64,000 bases of DNA, taken from Hydrolagus affinis. Lineage: Eukaryota. Shown one piece after another: positions 51,539 through 64,000 of the stretch. The position numbers and the translations under genes are program-made. The notes under the pieces are model-generated. The model made no database searches, was not told where the DNA came from, and saw nothing but the letters and a program-made list of their open reading frames with translations. Within the stretch, counting starts at the first letter, position 1. Every line of letters starts with the position of its first letter. The stretch is taken from contig JAAILG010000978.1 of assembly GCA_012026655.1 (NCBI GenBank), forward strand, positions 1 to 64,000, read 5' to 3'.

Positions 51539-54500
51539 CTCACCTTCCCTGAACTATTGTTGGAAAAGATTAGAGATCTGCGTTTTCAGAGGTTATCTGC
51601 GCTCAATTGGTCACTGTCTGAAGGAAGTGGGGAGAACAAAATTGCCCAAATGTTTCCATTCATCCATTCAGTCAGGATTCAGTTGGGACCTGAGAAGATC
51701 CATAGTTTAAATGGCATCAATGAGACGATTGAAAAGAGAATTCATTTGGTGGCACAGAAATGCTAAGGATGGGTGGAGCGGATCCACTAGCCTCATCTCA
51801 CTGTAATGCAACAGGCTCCAAAAGTTAATATTACGCATAAATCTTATTAATGCACAGGTATGTATTCTGATATGTTTGAGATATGAATCTCAACTCTGTT
51901 GATACTTTATACCATTGTGTAAAAACAACTTGCATTTACACAGTGCCCCTTCATGCAGGGTAGTGTCCCAAAGCATTGTGAAGAAACTGGACCACAAAAA
52001 ACTGAAGAGCACAATCATAATTCACTGAGAATGAGCTGGTGCCTGTCTGTTTTCTGTAATCCTGTTTACAGTAAATAAGACCTAAAAAGGATGGAGCCTA
52101 ATCACAGTACCTTGTCAATAGCAAAGCCTTGAACAGAAACATAAAATAAAGTACTGATGTACCTGTTTTAATCTGAACCTTTCTTGTGGTTTTGTGATGG
52201 CCCCAAGTATAATAAATCTGCCAAATTGCATTTCCAACCAGACATGACAATCGTTTAACAATGTAGTGGTAACATTTAAGAATGAATCTCTAGATGAACA
52301 ACCAGCAACTTTAAATAGTGAGCAATTGCTTTACACATGCCCCACAAAATCAAATTCAGAAAAATCTTATTTGAAAAGACCAATAAATGCCTTTTTAAAA
52401 ATCAGTGAGTAAATTAAAACTTTATATTAATATGTAAATAATCATGAATCCGTCAGATCTGTGTGTGTGACCTGTTTCCTTGGCCATTGACCTTGGTAGA
52501 TCCCATTATTACACTCACCCCGCCACTCTCTTTCTCAGTCACTGTTGCTTCCATCTCCGTATTGAGCTCTCCTGTGGCAACTTTCTTGTAGATTTCTATC
52601 AGTTTTTCATTAACCTAGTGGATGGATATTACTTTTCCATTAGTATGAGTGATGGGTTAACATGGTATCTATTTCTGTTAGTCATTTCTGTATTACTCAA
52701 TCCATCTATTACATCTTTTTATAGCGGCAAACAGATGTTTATTTTTTCCCCCTCTGGTCAATTTGCAAGTTAAGTGTTAAATAATGATGGGTTAGTGTGT
52801 AGTATCAATATGAATCTCCTGCTTATTGATCTGTGGGTTTTGGAGCTATGGCTGAATTTCTGAACCATTTTCTTTGCTATTAAAAAGATTGATCAGCGAC
52901 TAATTGCTAAGGAATGAAACAATACAGCATATAAAATACATTTCAGCTTCTTGTTGCAATCTTCCTTCCACCAAAGTTTAGAAAATTGCAAATATTTTTC
53001 CAATATTGTGTGCCTTTTCTTTTTCGAGGTCCATAAAATCGTTTTATTTCTACTGATTTACACAGTAGAACACTTACAAAAGTGTATTTTAAATGACATT
53101 ATAGTGACAAAATATAGGTTCATATGCTTTTAAACTCTTTGCTGTCTAACAATATACTGTGCTGCAAATACTCACCAGATATACATAGGTGTAAAGACAA
53201 CAGCAACATTCTCACAAATAGCCCTTGAAACATTTTGAGATTACAATCTGAAGTCTGGATAAAAATGTTCAATTATAAACAAGGCATTTGGGGAAAAGAA
53301 GTAACACAGAAGTAATACAGAAAAAGATACAGAATTGCAGATGTTCTGGGAAGAACATCTTGTTAAACAAGTCATGAAATGAAACATGACCAATTTGTGA
53401 GGATACAGTCCATTGTACTCATTGTGAACAAGCATTTTTTTCCCTAACCAGAGGCACAATATCCAGTGGAGTATTTCTTTTGTCTTTTCAATGGATTCAA
53501 TGGGAGAATACTTCTGGTAAGTAGATCGATATCTACCTGACTGTTCTGTCAAACAACAGGCAGATTGTTACTGAGAATAGGCCTGTTCAGAACATGATCC
53601 ACAACAAGTATAGGTTTGCAACCTTTTGTGATGAATATATTGATGAATACCATTTTAGTATTTTCATGTTGGGTGTACAAATATTGGATCAAAATAATAA
53701 TTTGGTGACTCAATCCATGACTGTTTGTGGAACACTGCCGTGCACAATTGGCTGCCGTATTTCACCCATAAAATATATACTGTACACTACAGTATATTCT
53801 GTGAAGAGCTTTGAGGTGTCTTTAAGATGTGATAAGACACGATATCAACTGTAAGGTTTTTGTTATTTGTCCTCTTTTTTTTTCCTTTTACTAATAATCG
53901 TTTCATTCATTCACGGAATACCTGTCTGAAGGAAAGATAAAGAAAGGAGGTGCTTCACTTTAAGAACATTTACGAAAGGTTAATTTATTATTATATGAAT
54001 TACCTAAAATGAGAGAACCTAGGTGATTAAGCTTCAATTTGTAGCTAGTGTTAAATTCAGTCCCCTTTCCATCACAAGTTAAATGAGAAACATTTAGACC
54101 TTACCAAATAGAACCAAGAGTAAATATTTCCTAGGAAATTATTGCTAATGGGAACATTTTTAAAATGACAGGCAGTGAAAGCCTAAGTGCAGGAAGGAAG
54201 TGCATTGTTTATTGTCACACATGCTTCCATTGCACTTTGAACACTTACTGAACCTTTTTTTTATTCAGAGGCAATCAGCAGCAGCATCTGAAATGATGAG
54301 TAGGCTATGCTAATCCATCTCCTCTTACACCTTACTGACGTCAGGCACATTGATTTCAGCCAAAAGGTACCATTAGTACTTCTTCCACCCTTGCTCTTTT
54401 CCACAATGTCATAGCATCTCTGTAAACAGGGTAATCCAACAGCATAGCAACAAGTATTGCCAGTTTCACAGTGGCTGTGTCTATTTATGCCGATAGATTA

Positions 54501-56094
54501 TTGAAACGGGATTGAAAATAGCCATCCATCAAAAATGGCACTGTGCCACTAGTCCAAATGCGACTTCATAACAATGATCATAGTACGGTTTTCAAAGCTT
54601 TAATCTCCCTGAACTTTTTGTAGTTCTGTTTCCCAAAATGTTTTTGTTTTGCAGTTTGAATGAGACCGCTGCTGTGCTGAATTGCACCATAGTGGACAAC
54701 TGTTTCATTAATATTTTCCATGGTTACAGTTAATATTCACCATGGCAACAGTACAATATCACATAACTAGCAGGGAAGTCTCTGCCTTCAGTCAATATTC
54801 ATATTTAAAGTACATGCAGTTCCTAATTTTGTAATTGAGTCTTCTCCACATGCTTTTTATTTTTCATTGTTTACTTTGTTTCACTGAAGCCTTTATTGTC
54901 ATTAAATTTTGTCTCAAATGTTTGTCACAGAATACTTTCCATTCTGGGGGAGAAAGAATTAGGAAAATCACACAGATTGAAAGGATACTGCAAGTCAAGT
55001 TGTTCCCTAATGCAACATAAAACCATGACCCTAAAGAGACTGAGATTCTGTGAGAGGGTTGCCTTTCGAATGGAGGGCCAGTCTGCAACCAATTCTCAGC
55101 CTCTGAACTCCTTACATGAAAGGCATGCGATAAATGCAAGTTGTTGTTGGTCCCAGTCAACAGCTGGCTTTCTTGGGGTCTAATTCGCAAGGTGGGTTAA
55201 CCATGTGCAAACACGAGTGTACAGAAGGAATTACATTTGCTCTTAATTATTAAATTAACAAAATTGGATGTAATGCTGTGATCCATTATTTGTTGGCCAG
55301 TACATATTCTAAGAGCTCTTATCTGCATTTGTCCATGATCAACTGACCTAATCCACCGAGTTTGCATTGCATATAGTGGTGGTGGGGGGGACGACGACAA
55401 CAACATTCAAGTGTAGTGAAATGCATTGTTCACCTTGAAAAACTGCATTCTCAACGCATCGCACAGAAGTCGTCCAATTCAAAGATTTTTCAATATTGTG
55501 TGTTTCCTTTAAAATGCATTGCAAATCTGGCCTGAAACTGTCTATATACTTTGTAGAGATAATCATCATGCTGAGACTGACAGGTTTCTACAGTTGAATT
55601 CAAATAATTATTTTTAAACAGTATAATTAAGCGAACAAGCCATTGCGTTAGTTTGCAATGCAATAGTTTGCATTGATCTGTGTTCTCCACCATAGTATTT
55701 TAAGCAACAGGAAGATTAGCACTCACATTTGTGCTGGATGTAGCCAATAATTTTGTGATGAGATAAACTGATACATCTACAAACTAGCAGGGGATAATAG
55801 TTTGCATGGTGCAATTGAAACAGACCTGAGAGGATATCAGTGGGTTAGTTATTCCATTGTTTGAGGCAGATGTAACAATGTTTTAAATGTCCAATCTAAA
55901 ATTCCAGTTTAAATGTTGATGGTGTCATTAGTCTATGCCATTTGCAACTGTTTTCAAGTAATCATCTTGCTTTGTTATTCCTTTGCAGTATAAATGCAAA
56001 CTAGCACAAGGATTGCCATGCTAGTTGCTTCAGGCTTCATCCCAATTCAGTATTTTATCAATTGATTAAGTGATGACCAAGTGATATATTGACA

Positions 56095-56722
56095 GCAACC
56101 ACAAACATCAAAATTACATTTGTGTAGTGCCTTTCATGTCGGGTGGACATTGCAAGGTGCTAGACAGTCAATGTTCAGACTTGAGCTGGGGTCTGGATCA
56201 GAGAGCTTGGAGGGATAGATCAGGTAGAGGGATGACCGATGGCACGGTCGAAGAGGAGGTTCTTGAGACGGTACTTGAAGGAGGCTAGGGGAGGGGCGAG
56301 GTAGAGGGATTGTGGGATGGAATTCCAAAAGTTGGGGCCAGACTGGCTAAAGGCTCACCTACCGATGGTGGAGCGGGTGGATTGGGGGATATGGAGCAAG
56401 CCAGAGCCTGAGCAGAGGGAAAGGATGGGTTGATAGGAGGCTGCAAAGGTAGGGTGGGTTTTGAAGGTGAGGACTAGGAGCTTGAATTGAATCCTCTGTG
56501 TGATGGGAAGTCAGTGTAGTCGGGCGAGGATGGGGGTCATAGGTTCACAGAGCTTGGTGCATGAGAGGACATAGGCTGCAGAGTTCTGGATGATCTGTAG
56601 CCTATGGAGAGAGGAGTTGGGGAAGCCGACAAGCAGAGAATTCGCACAGTTGAGACAGGACGTAATGAAGCAATGAATGAGAGTTTCAGCGGCCTGAGTG
56701 GTGAGGTAGTGGCAGAACTCCA
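56095..56722 (-). mobile_element. L2 family B 3' fragment
   Basis: Minus ORF AAETLIHCFITSCLNCANSLLVG..LQIIQNSAA..TPILARLH plus tail. Confidence 0.88.
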
Positions 56723-56929
56723 AACACAAACTCCAAATTGGTCTATTCGAATGAATCAAAAACTAGAAATAAAAGAGATACTTTGTGACACAGCATCTAA
56801 AGAAATCTACACTATCAATGTGATATTACCTGGTATGTTCTTATGCAGTTAATTAACTCCTGTTCTGTGTCCTCTTTTGAATACAACAGGTATTCAGTAC
56901 AGTTGATTTCTGATAACAGAAGCATTAGA

Positions 56930-57193
56930 AACCCCTCCCCCCACCCTTTACCAACCCTACCAATCTGCCCGCCTGCCCCATCCGCCTTCCTCCTTTGCCT
57001 CCTTCAAGGCCAGTCTCAAGACTCTCCTTTTCGGTCGTGCATTCAGCCGCCCTCCCAGCTCTCTCCCTCCCCTCCCCCCAACCCTGCCCCTCTTCCTTGC
57101 TCAGATCCCGACCCGTGACTGTTCAGCGCCTTTGGACGTCCTCCCGATGTGAAAGGTGCTCTATAAAAGTAATTTTGTTGTTGTTCTTGTTGT
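56930..57193 (+). mobile_element. L2 family B 3' fragment
   Basis: gcctccttcaag...cagcgcctttggacgtcctcccgatgtgaaaggtgct...aattttgttgttgtt. Confidence 0.88.
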
Positions 57194-57852
57194 TTACATA
57201 GCTTGAGGGTCACTGCCCCAAATCTTGCAGCAACATAGTCTAAGGTGGTATTAGATTCCAACAATTATCAGTGAAAGAGACAATGTCAAATGGATTCCTT
57301 TTAACAAATGCATAAAATGTTATATTAAAACTGCGATCACATTTTTTCATCCTATGGCATTTGAAAAGTTTGCTGAACTTCAGCATTCACCTCACGGCTT
57401 GCAAGTCGTGACTCATCTGAGTTTGTGCTGAAATTATTTTACATTTTCAAAAATCAATGAATTGCAAGCAATGAGGTGAAGGAACCCCTGACTGCAGCGT
57501 TTCTTTGTTCCACAAAAACAGCTGCAAATAATAAAATGATTGTTTATTAAAAAAAAGGATATCACATCTACATGAACTAAGGGAACCTGGTGGCTTCACA
57601 TTCTGCTGAGATCCTTTATCATTTGAGAATTTTAATGTAACCACGTGTGAACAGCTCGCATCAGACAGATACTGAACACGCATGGAGACAGACGTGGTTT
57701 ACAATTCACACAAGTCAGTTTATTTATATAGTGAGAAAATCCTCAGTAACCTTGGCAGAGATGCCTCACTGCCTCCATCAGATTCAGAGGCACTGAATCT
57801 CAGTCTGTGTCCTGCACCCCATCCCGTCTAAAGATCTTCCTTTTCCATTGGA

Positions 57853-58190
57853 GCTCCTGTGGTTTAGTGGTTAGAGCACTTGTCTTGCAAGCTGGGGAGA
57901 CCAATCTGGGGAGAGCAGTGTTCAAATCCAGGCAGGTCAGTGAGAAACCTTGGGCAAGTGTCCTTACTCCACACGCCTAATAATAATCCATCCAAAAAAA
58001 AAGACAATAATAAAATTGGTCATTTCAATCCACGACTGTTTGTGGGACACTGCGGTGCGCAATTTGCTGCCGCAATTCGCCCACAAATGGACAGTCAATT
58101 CACTTTTTCACAGTATATTCTGTGAAGCGCTTTGGGACGTCGATAAGATGTGAAAAGTGCTATATAAATGCAAGGATTATTATTATTATT
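57853..58190 (+). mobile_element. Full-length tRNA-derived SINE, followed directly by an L2 family A tail (~58200-58321)
   Basis: tggtttagtggttagagc (A box), gttcaaatcc (B box), tgtgggacactgcggtgcgcaatttgctgccgc, stem-loop, aaatgcaagg(att)n. Confidence 0.9.
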
Positions 58191-61100
58191 GTGCTTACGA
58201 TTACCTCCTTCCTCCCTGTTCCCCTGGCTCGGGATCAGACTATACCACTGTCAAGCGCTCTGGTAACTCTGTCCTGTGTGAAGACATAAAGGTGTATAAA
58301 GTTGATTGGTTGTTGTTGTTGCTCTCACTCATTGGTTTCCATCTTGGTTAGGTGCTCACACTACCGTGGTCTCCCGGTTTCAACAGCTGTGACACCTTCT
58401 CAATAGCCCCGGCCTGGCCGTTCAGCTTAGCCTCCTGCAACACGAGAGGGGCAATTTACTATTACTACTTTTACATTTTACATGTTACAAGTGTAACATA
58501 TCTAAATCCTACAAGTATTGCTATTGGCCCAAGGTATTTCCCTCTTTGCTGTAGAAAACAAAGATGATAATCCGAAAAATTCACTGAGGCTCCAGTACTG
58601 TATTTCCATCAAGGAGACAAAGCTTTTGTTTGCCATAGTTTCATTTAGGAGTCACTGATACATTCAATCTGACCCATCCCTTTTAAATGTTTTAGTTTTC
58701 AACGCTGTCTGTATCACTGAAAGGCATAGCTGAATGGCTTTGAAATGTCAAGCGGGGATTAGTCATGTATACACTATTCAATAGGTAACTATTACTGCCG
58801 AGCTCGGCCCAGGCTTTCAATTAATCTTCTTTAAATTCAAAGTCTGAATATCAAAACCTAATGTAAATCTGAGTAACATCAGTTCACCAATTTAATGATG
58901 CAGTCTGTAGAGTTACATAAACCTTTTACCAAGAATTGCAAATATTATTTTATTATGTATATAGTCTTGGCATCCTTCACCTTTACCAAAAAAAAGTGGT
59001 ATATTTTGTGGCACAGAACATTCTGTGTTGTCAATGAGATGCGGAACCTGCAGGCACATGTAAACAGTCTTACCTTCTATTTTATGCTCCTGTCTGATTT
59101 GGCTATAATTTCTGGGGGTGCTGGGGTGCTGAGATGGACTCATTTCACGTCTGTTTTTAAGAGCAGTAAAGTAACTTTTCACTTGAGATCCTGTCCTGGT
59201 GAAATCCAGGAGTATTATTCAATGTGCTTGCTGAACTATAATCAACATTTTTCTTTTCTGCACCATCCGCTAGTGGTTGGTTTCACTGATAATAGGGCAT
59301 TAAGTTCAGTGTAATGCCACATTTGTAGAGCAAGAATTAATCATCGTTGAATTCATCACATTACCTCGATCCACTGTTGGTCGAAATGACTAAGAAGCAC
59401 ATTGAGCTTCTAAATGCTGATTTACTGTGTCAGCTTTCATGAGCACCCATCCTATTTTTACACTTTCCCTTGGGTTCTATGCTGCATTACTGAAGAAAGT
59501 GCTGGAAATCACTGCACTTGCACTGCTTGTTGTCAAGGAGTCTGTCCTACACTATTACTGTTGCCTTTACAACAAATCACCATCTTGTCATCAACACATC
59601 ATCTAATGACAGAGGTGCTTTGTTGCCTGAGTGACTAAGAACAAGTAGGAGTTTTCTTCTGTTTAATAAAGAATATAAACTAGTTATTTTCGCTTTGATG
59701 AGCTCCAAATCATTATTTTTCCTTTTCCCCCTCCCCTTGAGACTCGGAATAGTTTCGCTACTGCTACTGCTGCTACAGAATCTTTTCCTTTTTGATCTGT
59801 TGATGATCTCTTGTCTCTAATTCCACCTGCCAATGCCTTGGGACGTCCTCCCGACATGAAAGGCACTATACAAATGTAATTTTGTTGTTGTTGTTGTTGT
59901 TGAATTGCCCAAACTGTAGGCAGGAGAATTAGCATGGAGAGGAGAAATCATCTGAAAGTACTAATCATCACTTAGACCAAAATATTATAACTCATTGTAG
60001 AAATCTTCAATATCACTATTATTAACATCATCAACCTTATTAGATAGACAGTAAGTCATCATGCCTCCCACTTGCCTCTCACTAAGAAAACATGAATAGT
60101 GGCAAAGAAAGTAGTTAGACTCTATCAACCCTACATTTTTTTCAATTATGAATTTAAACATTTTAGGCTCCTGTTATAAGTGACCTTCTGTAAGGAATCC
60201 TATTCCACCATGTGGTGTTTACCTTCTTCCTGGGTTACCTAGCAATGTCGATACAGTATCACAGTAAAACTCTAAGATGTGAAATGTGCAGCTATTTTGA
60301 AGGAAGAATTGCTTCCACCTAGATTCTCGGTTGTGTTACTTATGTACCACAAGATGCAACCAACATTTCTCTTCCCTCTTCCTACATATCCACGAGAACA
60401 TAACTATGAGGCCTATAGCATTTTCCACAATGAGATTCTTTGTATATCTGATCTATATTTCCTTTCCCTCAAAGGTGGCAGCTGTGAAGTAACGATAGCT
60501 GTTGCAATTGGCTTGTATCTGTTGTGTGAATGAATTATCCAATGGATAACATTGTCATCATGTGTCAAACAATTGAAATGGTAATGTTATATACCTGGTT
60601 TATCTACAGGTTACCAGCTGCGAGCCTCTTTATGCTGCCTTCTTGGATCTGTTTCTTATCAACATACATGAACACAGGTTTATGAATTAGTTTGCAAGCG
60701 ATGGAGAACAAATGAGTATACAATGATGGTTTGGATTGTTGGTGCAAATGTTGAGGATATAATTCACAATGTTTACTGTAAGCACATGAGTAGAAAGGAG
60801 CTGGAGTAAAGTAAAATATCTATTCACGATTATTGGTAGATTTGAGATGTTGAAATATGTGAACTTATATTTTGTTGATATAGACCTTTGGTCTTGGGAC
60901 AAAATATGCTTGTCCAATGTTAAGAGTTTGCCTTGCCATACATTCCACTATTGCTTCATTGAGATGATGTAATATCTTCTGGTCTAAGATTGGAATACAC
61001 ATCAGAAATATAAGCTACCACTGTAGAGAAATGATATGCCTGAGCATTAAATCTATGTTGATCATAAATTATTTGGGGCATTTGCTTCATGTGCTTCTCA

Positions 61101-61978
61101 GGTAAAGTCCATTGCGTATGCTTTACTTTAATCAAGCACAATAACTTACAACAATTTTTTTCGATAACAAAATTTTAAATTATCCGAAAGTTCAGACCTG
61201 AGAGAGAGAGGGGAGTTTTATTTGCATAGTACTCTTATTAATAAGTAAGGTAAGAAAGCTTGGGTTCCACTGCTAAGAGCATTATAACAGTCATGAGATA
61301 GAATGAAATCACATGTAGATAAAGCTGAGATATCAGAGTAATGCAAGTCAATTTGAAGGGTTTCACGTACACAGGAATGCACATTGATGTTTTTTCTTGT
61401 TCCATTCCGGTTACAGAGGAGGTAACCTTAAATTCAGCAGTTTCAGGGAATTCAGCAGACTTTAAAATACATTTTGGTCAACTTGTTGAGCTGGTAACTC
61501 TATTTCCTTCCTGTCCCTCATGAGTATTCATTTTCTGCACCAAGACAGGCCATTTACTGTTTTCAAAATACATATTAATAACTGTTGACAGGAGCTACGG
61601 ACATGATTCAACATCTTTAATTAAAATGCTTTGGTTACGTTCACCTTCGGCAACAACGAGCGTGCATTATTAAAGCATATCTGGCACAATTTCACATGTT
61701 AACATCCATTATCACTCCAAGCTCTTAACACTGGTGTATCGTTCTATTTTTTGTCATTCATTCAAATCTAATAATAACACAGGGGAAATCAGATTGAATG
61801 AAACATTAATCAAGTTGACGATAAATTCCTAAGGTGCTCTCATTTGTGTCATTATTTAACATCACAGCCTGCGTCACCAATGGTCTTTCAAGGTTGTCTC
61901 TTGAGACTGAGAAAGCAATTATTCAGACTTTTCATGGGCTGTGAAACCTTCTGAAAGATTTTGCCTGTCTCTAGTCAA

Positions 61979-62001
61979 GTTGCCATGGTGACCAAATATG
62001 G
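61979..62001. promoter_or_regulatory. Abutting RFX X-box and CArG box (candidate enhancer motif)
   Basis: GTTGCCATGGTGAC (61979-61992) overlaps CCAAATATGG (61992-62001) by one base; motif match only. Confidence 0.3.
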
Positions 62002-64000
62002 ACATCGGAGCATCAGTCTACTTCTGACACAATATTCTTTTAACCCTTCATGGCTTTATTCACTTAGCAGCAGCAGCAGCAGATTTTAGCATGTGATAAA
62101 TATCACTATCATTTTCAGAATCCTACAGAAAAATAAAGCATGCCTTTGTTTTAAACATCCTTTCTTATCAATACACAACATTTAAGCTTGTTTTTCCTCC
62201 TTCCCCGATGGGAAAGGTTGGGTGGTGAGGGGGAAGCCAAGTTTCATGAAGGCACTAATAGGCAACAATTTAATTGCCTTTTATTTCTATCACAAGCTCT
62301 GCTGTGTGAAGGAGACTAAATCATTACTAACAACTGACAACATTACTCGACCAACATTTGCAGTCCGGTGTTGGTTTTACAAATTCGGAAACCTCAAAGG
62401 GGTTTGGTGGGTGGATGGGTGGGAGGGGAACCCACAATATATTTTCATACAAAAAATATCTTCATGGAGTTTATTTTTTGAAGGAAATGAAACCTATTTT
62501 TATAGAAAGGGCTTTGTTTACAAAGTGTCACAACTGAACAAATCATTCTAAATACGTTTCATAGAGTTAGTTTCAAACATACAAAAGTGGGGCTGCTTCC
62601 CCCACCACAGTACAGCACTTCTGGGTTTGGCAAACATTGTCCAACTGATTCTAATTTTTTTTTAAAAAAAGCTTATTTTGGGAAACATACAGCACCTAAT
62701 TTAATATATACTCTCCAATAATTTAAGCATCAATAGCAACAGCTGCTGGCAAGGGATCAGTAATTCATTGTCTAATTTCACAGCTGCTTTGCATACTCCA
62801 GGAAACACACAATCCCAACTGGTCAGCAGAGGACTCCTGTGGCTATTTTGACGTGAAATTGATAGTTATGAACGTTTGTGATCTCACATTTCGTAAGAAG
62901 CTCTCGGGAAACCTCATCTTTGGACAGGACTTCTAATGGACTAGAAACAATTAAATAGAAAACACAGTGTATCCATTCCCTTCAACACTGAGCATAACAA
63001 AACAAACAGTGGGTGCATAAATCACGACTTATAACAGGCCAGCTGTGCAGAGTCTGAAACAATGAAATAAAGCAGGCTAATAACAACTGTTTTCCATTTC
63101 ATGAATAGCTCTTCACTGTGGCTAAAATAACAAGTATTTAAACTGATATTAATAAACAATGAAAAATGAGAAACAGGGAAATAGATTTCTGATACACAAT
63201 GATGGGTTATGTTATAAATATAGCAACAAGCTTTGACAGGATATAGGGCCTTAACACCATTGATGAAGGATCTTGCTATCTATATTCAATGTTTCTCCCA
63301 CACACTTGAAATAGCTATTTGTGCAATTCTAGCACATCACCAGTCACAGGATTACAGAGCATCGGATCTCTGGCAATTTAAAGACTACGTTTGAGATACC
63401 GTTTTGTTCTTGAAGAGATTACATGAAATACCGTGAATAGAATGCGGACATTGTGGTGAAAGTTCCCACTTACAGTATTGTGTGTCTTTTTCTTTCAAAT
63501 GCTAAGCAATTTGTTTTGTACATTACTGTATTTCATGCATTTTCTGGTTGTAAAAGGGGAGGCTCGACTAACAGGGCAGGTTACTCTCAAACCACCTGTT
63601 TCATTATTTTGTATAACACATGTAGAAACCTGTAAACTATGCATATTACGGACAGCTCTTTGTAAATAACGTGCAGGTCAGAATATCATGGCAGGTATTG
63701 CATTCATTATATCACTTAATATAATTAATTTAATTAATTAATAGAAAACTCAGTACTGAGTGTATTCTGGGAAATTGAGATTAAATTGGCAAAGGGTATT
63801 CTTCATCCAAGCAGATTTGTGATATTGTGAATTTCCTCATTCTCTCTCATTAGTTTCCTTATTGATTGATTCAGTTTCATTTCTTGGTCACCTATCATTT
63901 TTAAGAAACAAAGATATTGGGTTCTAACTTGTGGGGATGTGCTAAACATGCCCACCCAATCCATTGTATTTCTTTTCATAGGTTGTGTGTGTAACACAAC

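Noticed and set aside
57853-57935. tRNA gene candidates (also ~36420-36494 and ~44590-44655)
   Set aside because: A and B boxes run straight into a repeated SINE body and tail; no intact cloverleaf or poly-T terminator
58895-59314. 139-aa plus-strand ORF
   Set aside because: No domain resemblance or splice context; composition like intergenic DNA
25868-59901. Recurring ~36-nt palindromic repeat that could suggest a CRISPR-like array
   Set aside because: Copies are dispersed, irregularly spaced, on both strands and attached to L2 or SINE bodies; they are retroposon 3' tails in a eukaryotic genome

Overview
Eukaryotic, AT-rich vertebrate genomic DNA, most likely a cartilaginous fish (inferred from shark-type CR1 and L2 LINEs and DeuSINE-related SINEs). 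Bases 278-19691 (+) hold the last 21 coding exons of BRWD3. I spliced them by hand at GT-AG junctions into one open frame of about 1024 aa covering the cryptic Tudor region, two bromodomains and the C-terminus ...RSGRVRRMTEKAKASHLMGWSH*. A probable ~3 kb 3' UTR follows. The remaining ~41 kb has no recognisable protein-coding gene and contains L2 and CR1 fragments, tRNA-derived SINEs and unexplained non-coding islands. I found no convincing new biological system. The best leads are structural: (1) an inverted CR1 pair in the BRWD3 pre-mRNA bracketing both bromodomains (circRNA or editing candidate); (2) an unclassified element with ~130-bp inverted arms at 36 kb; (3) a covarying 3' stem-loop shared by two L2 families and the SINE; (4) a series of SINE variants suggesting reduction from a DeuSINE; (5) several nested insertions. 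Protein and repeat-family comparisons are from memory, not database searches, and repeat boundaries are approximate.
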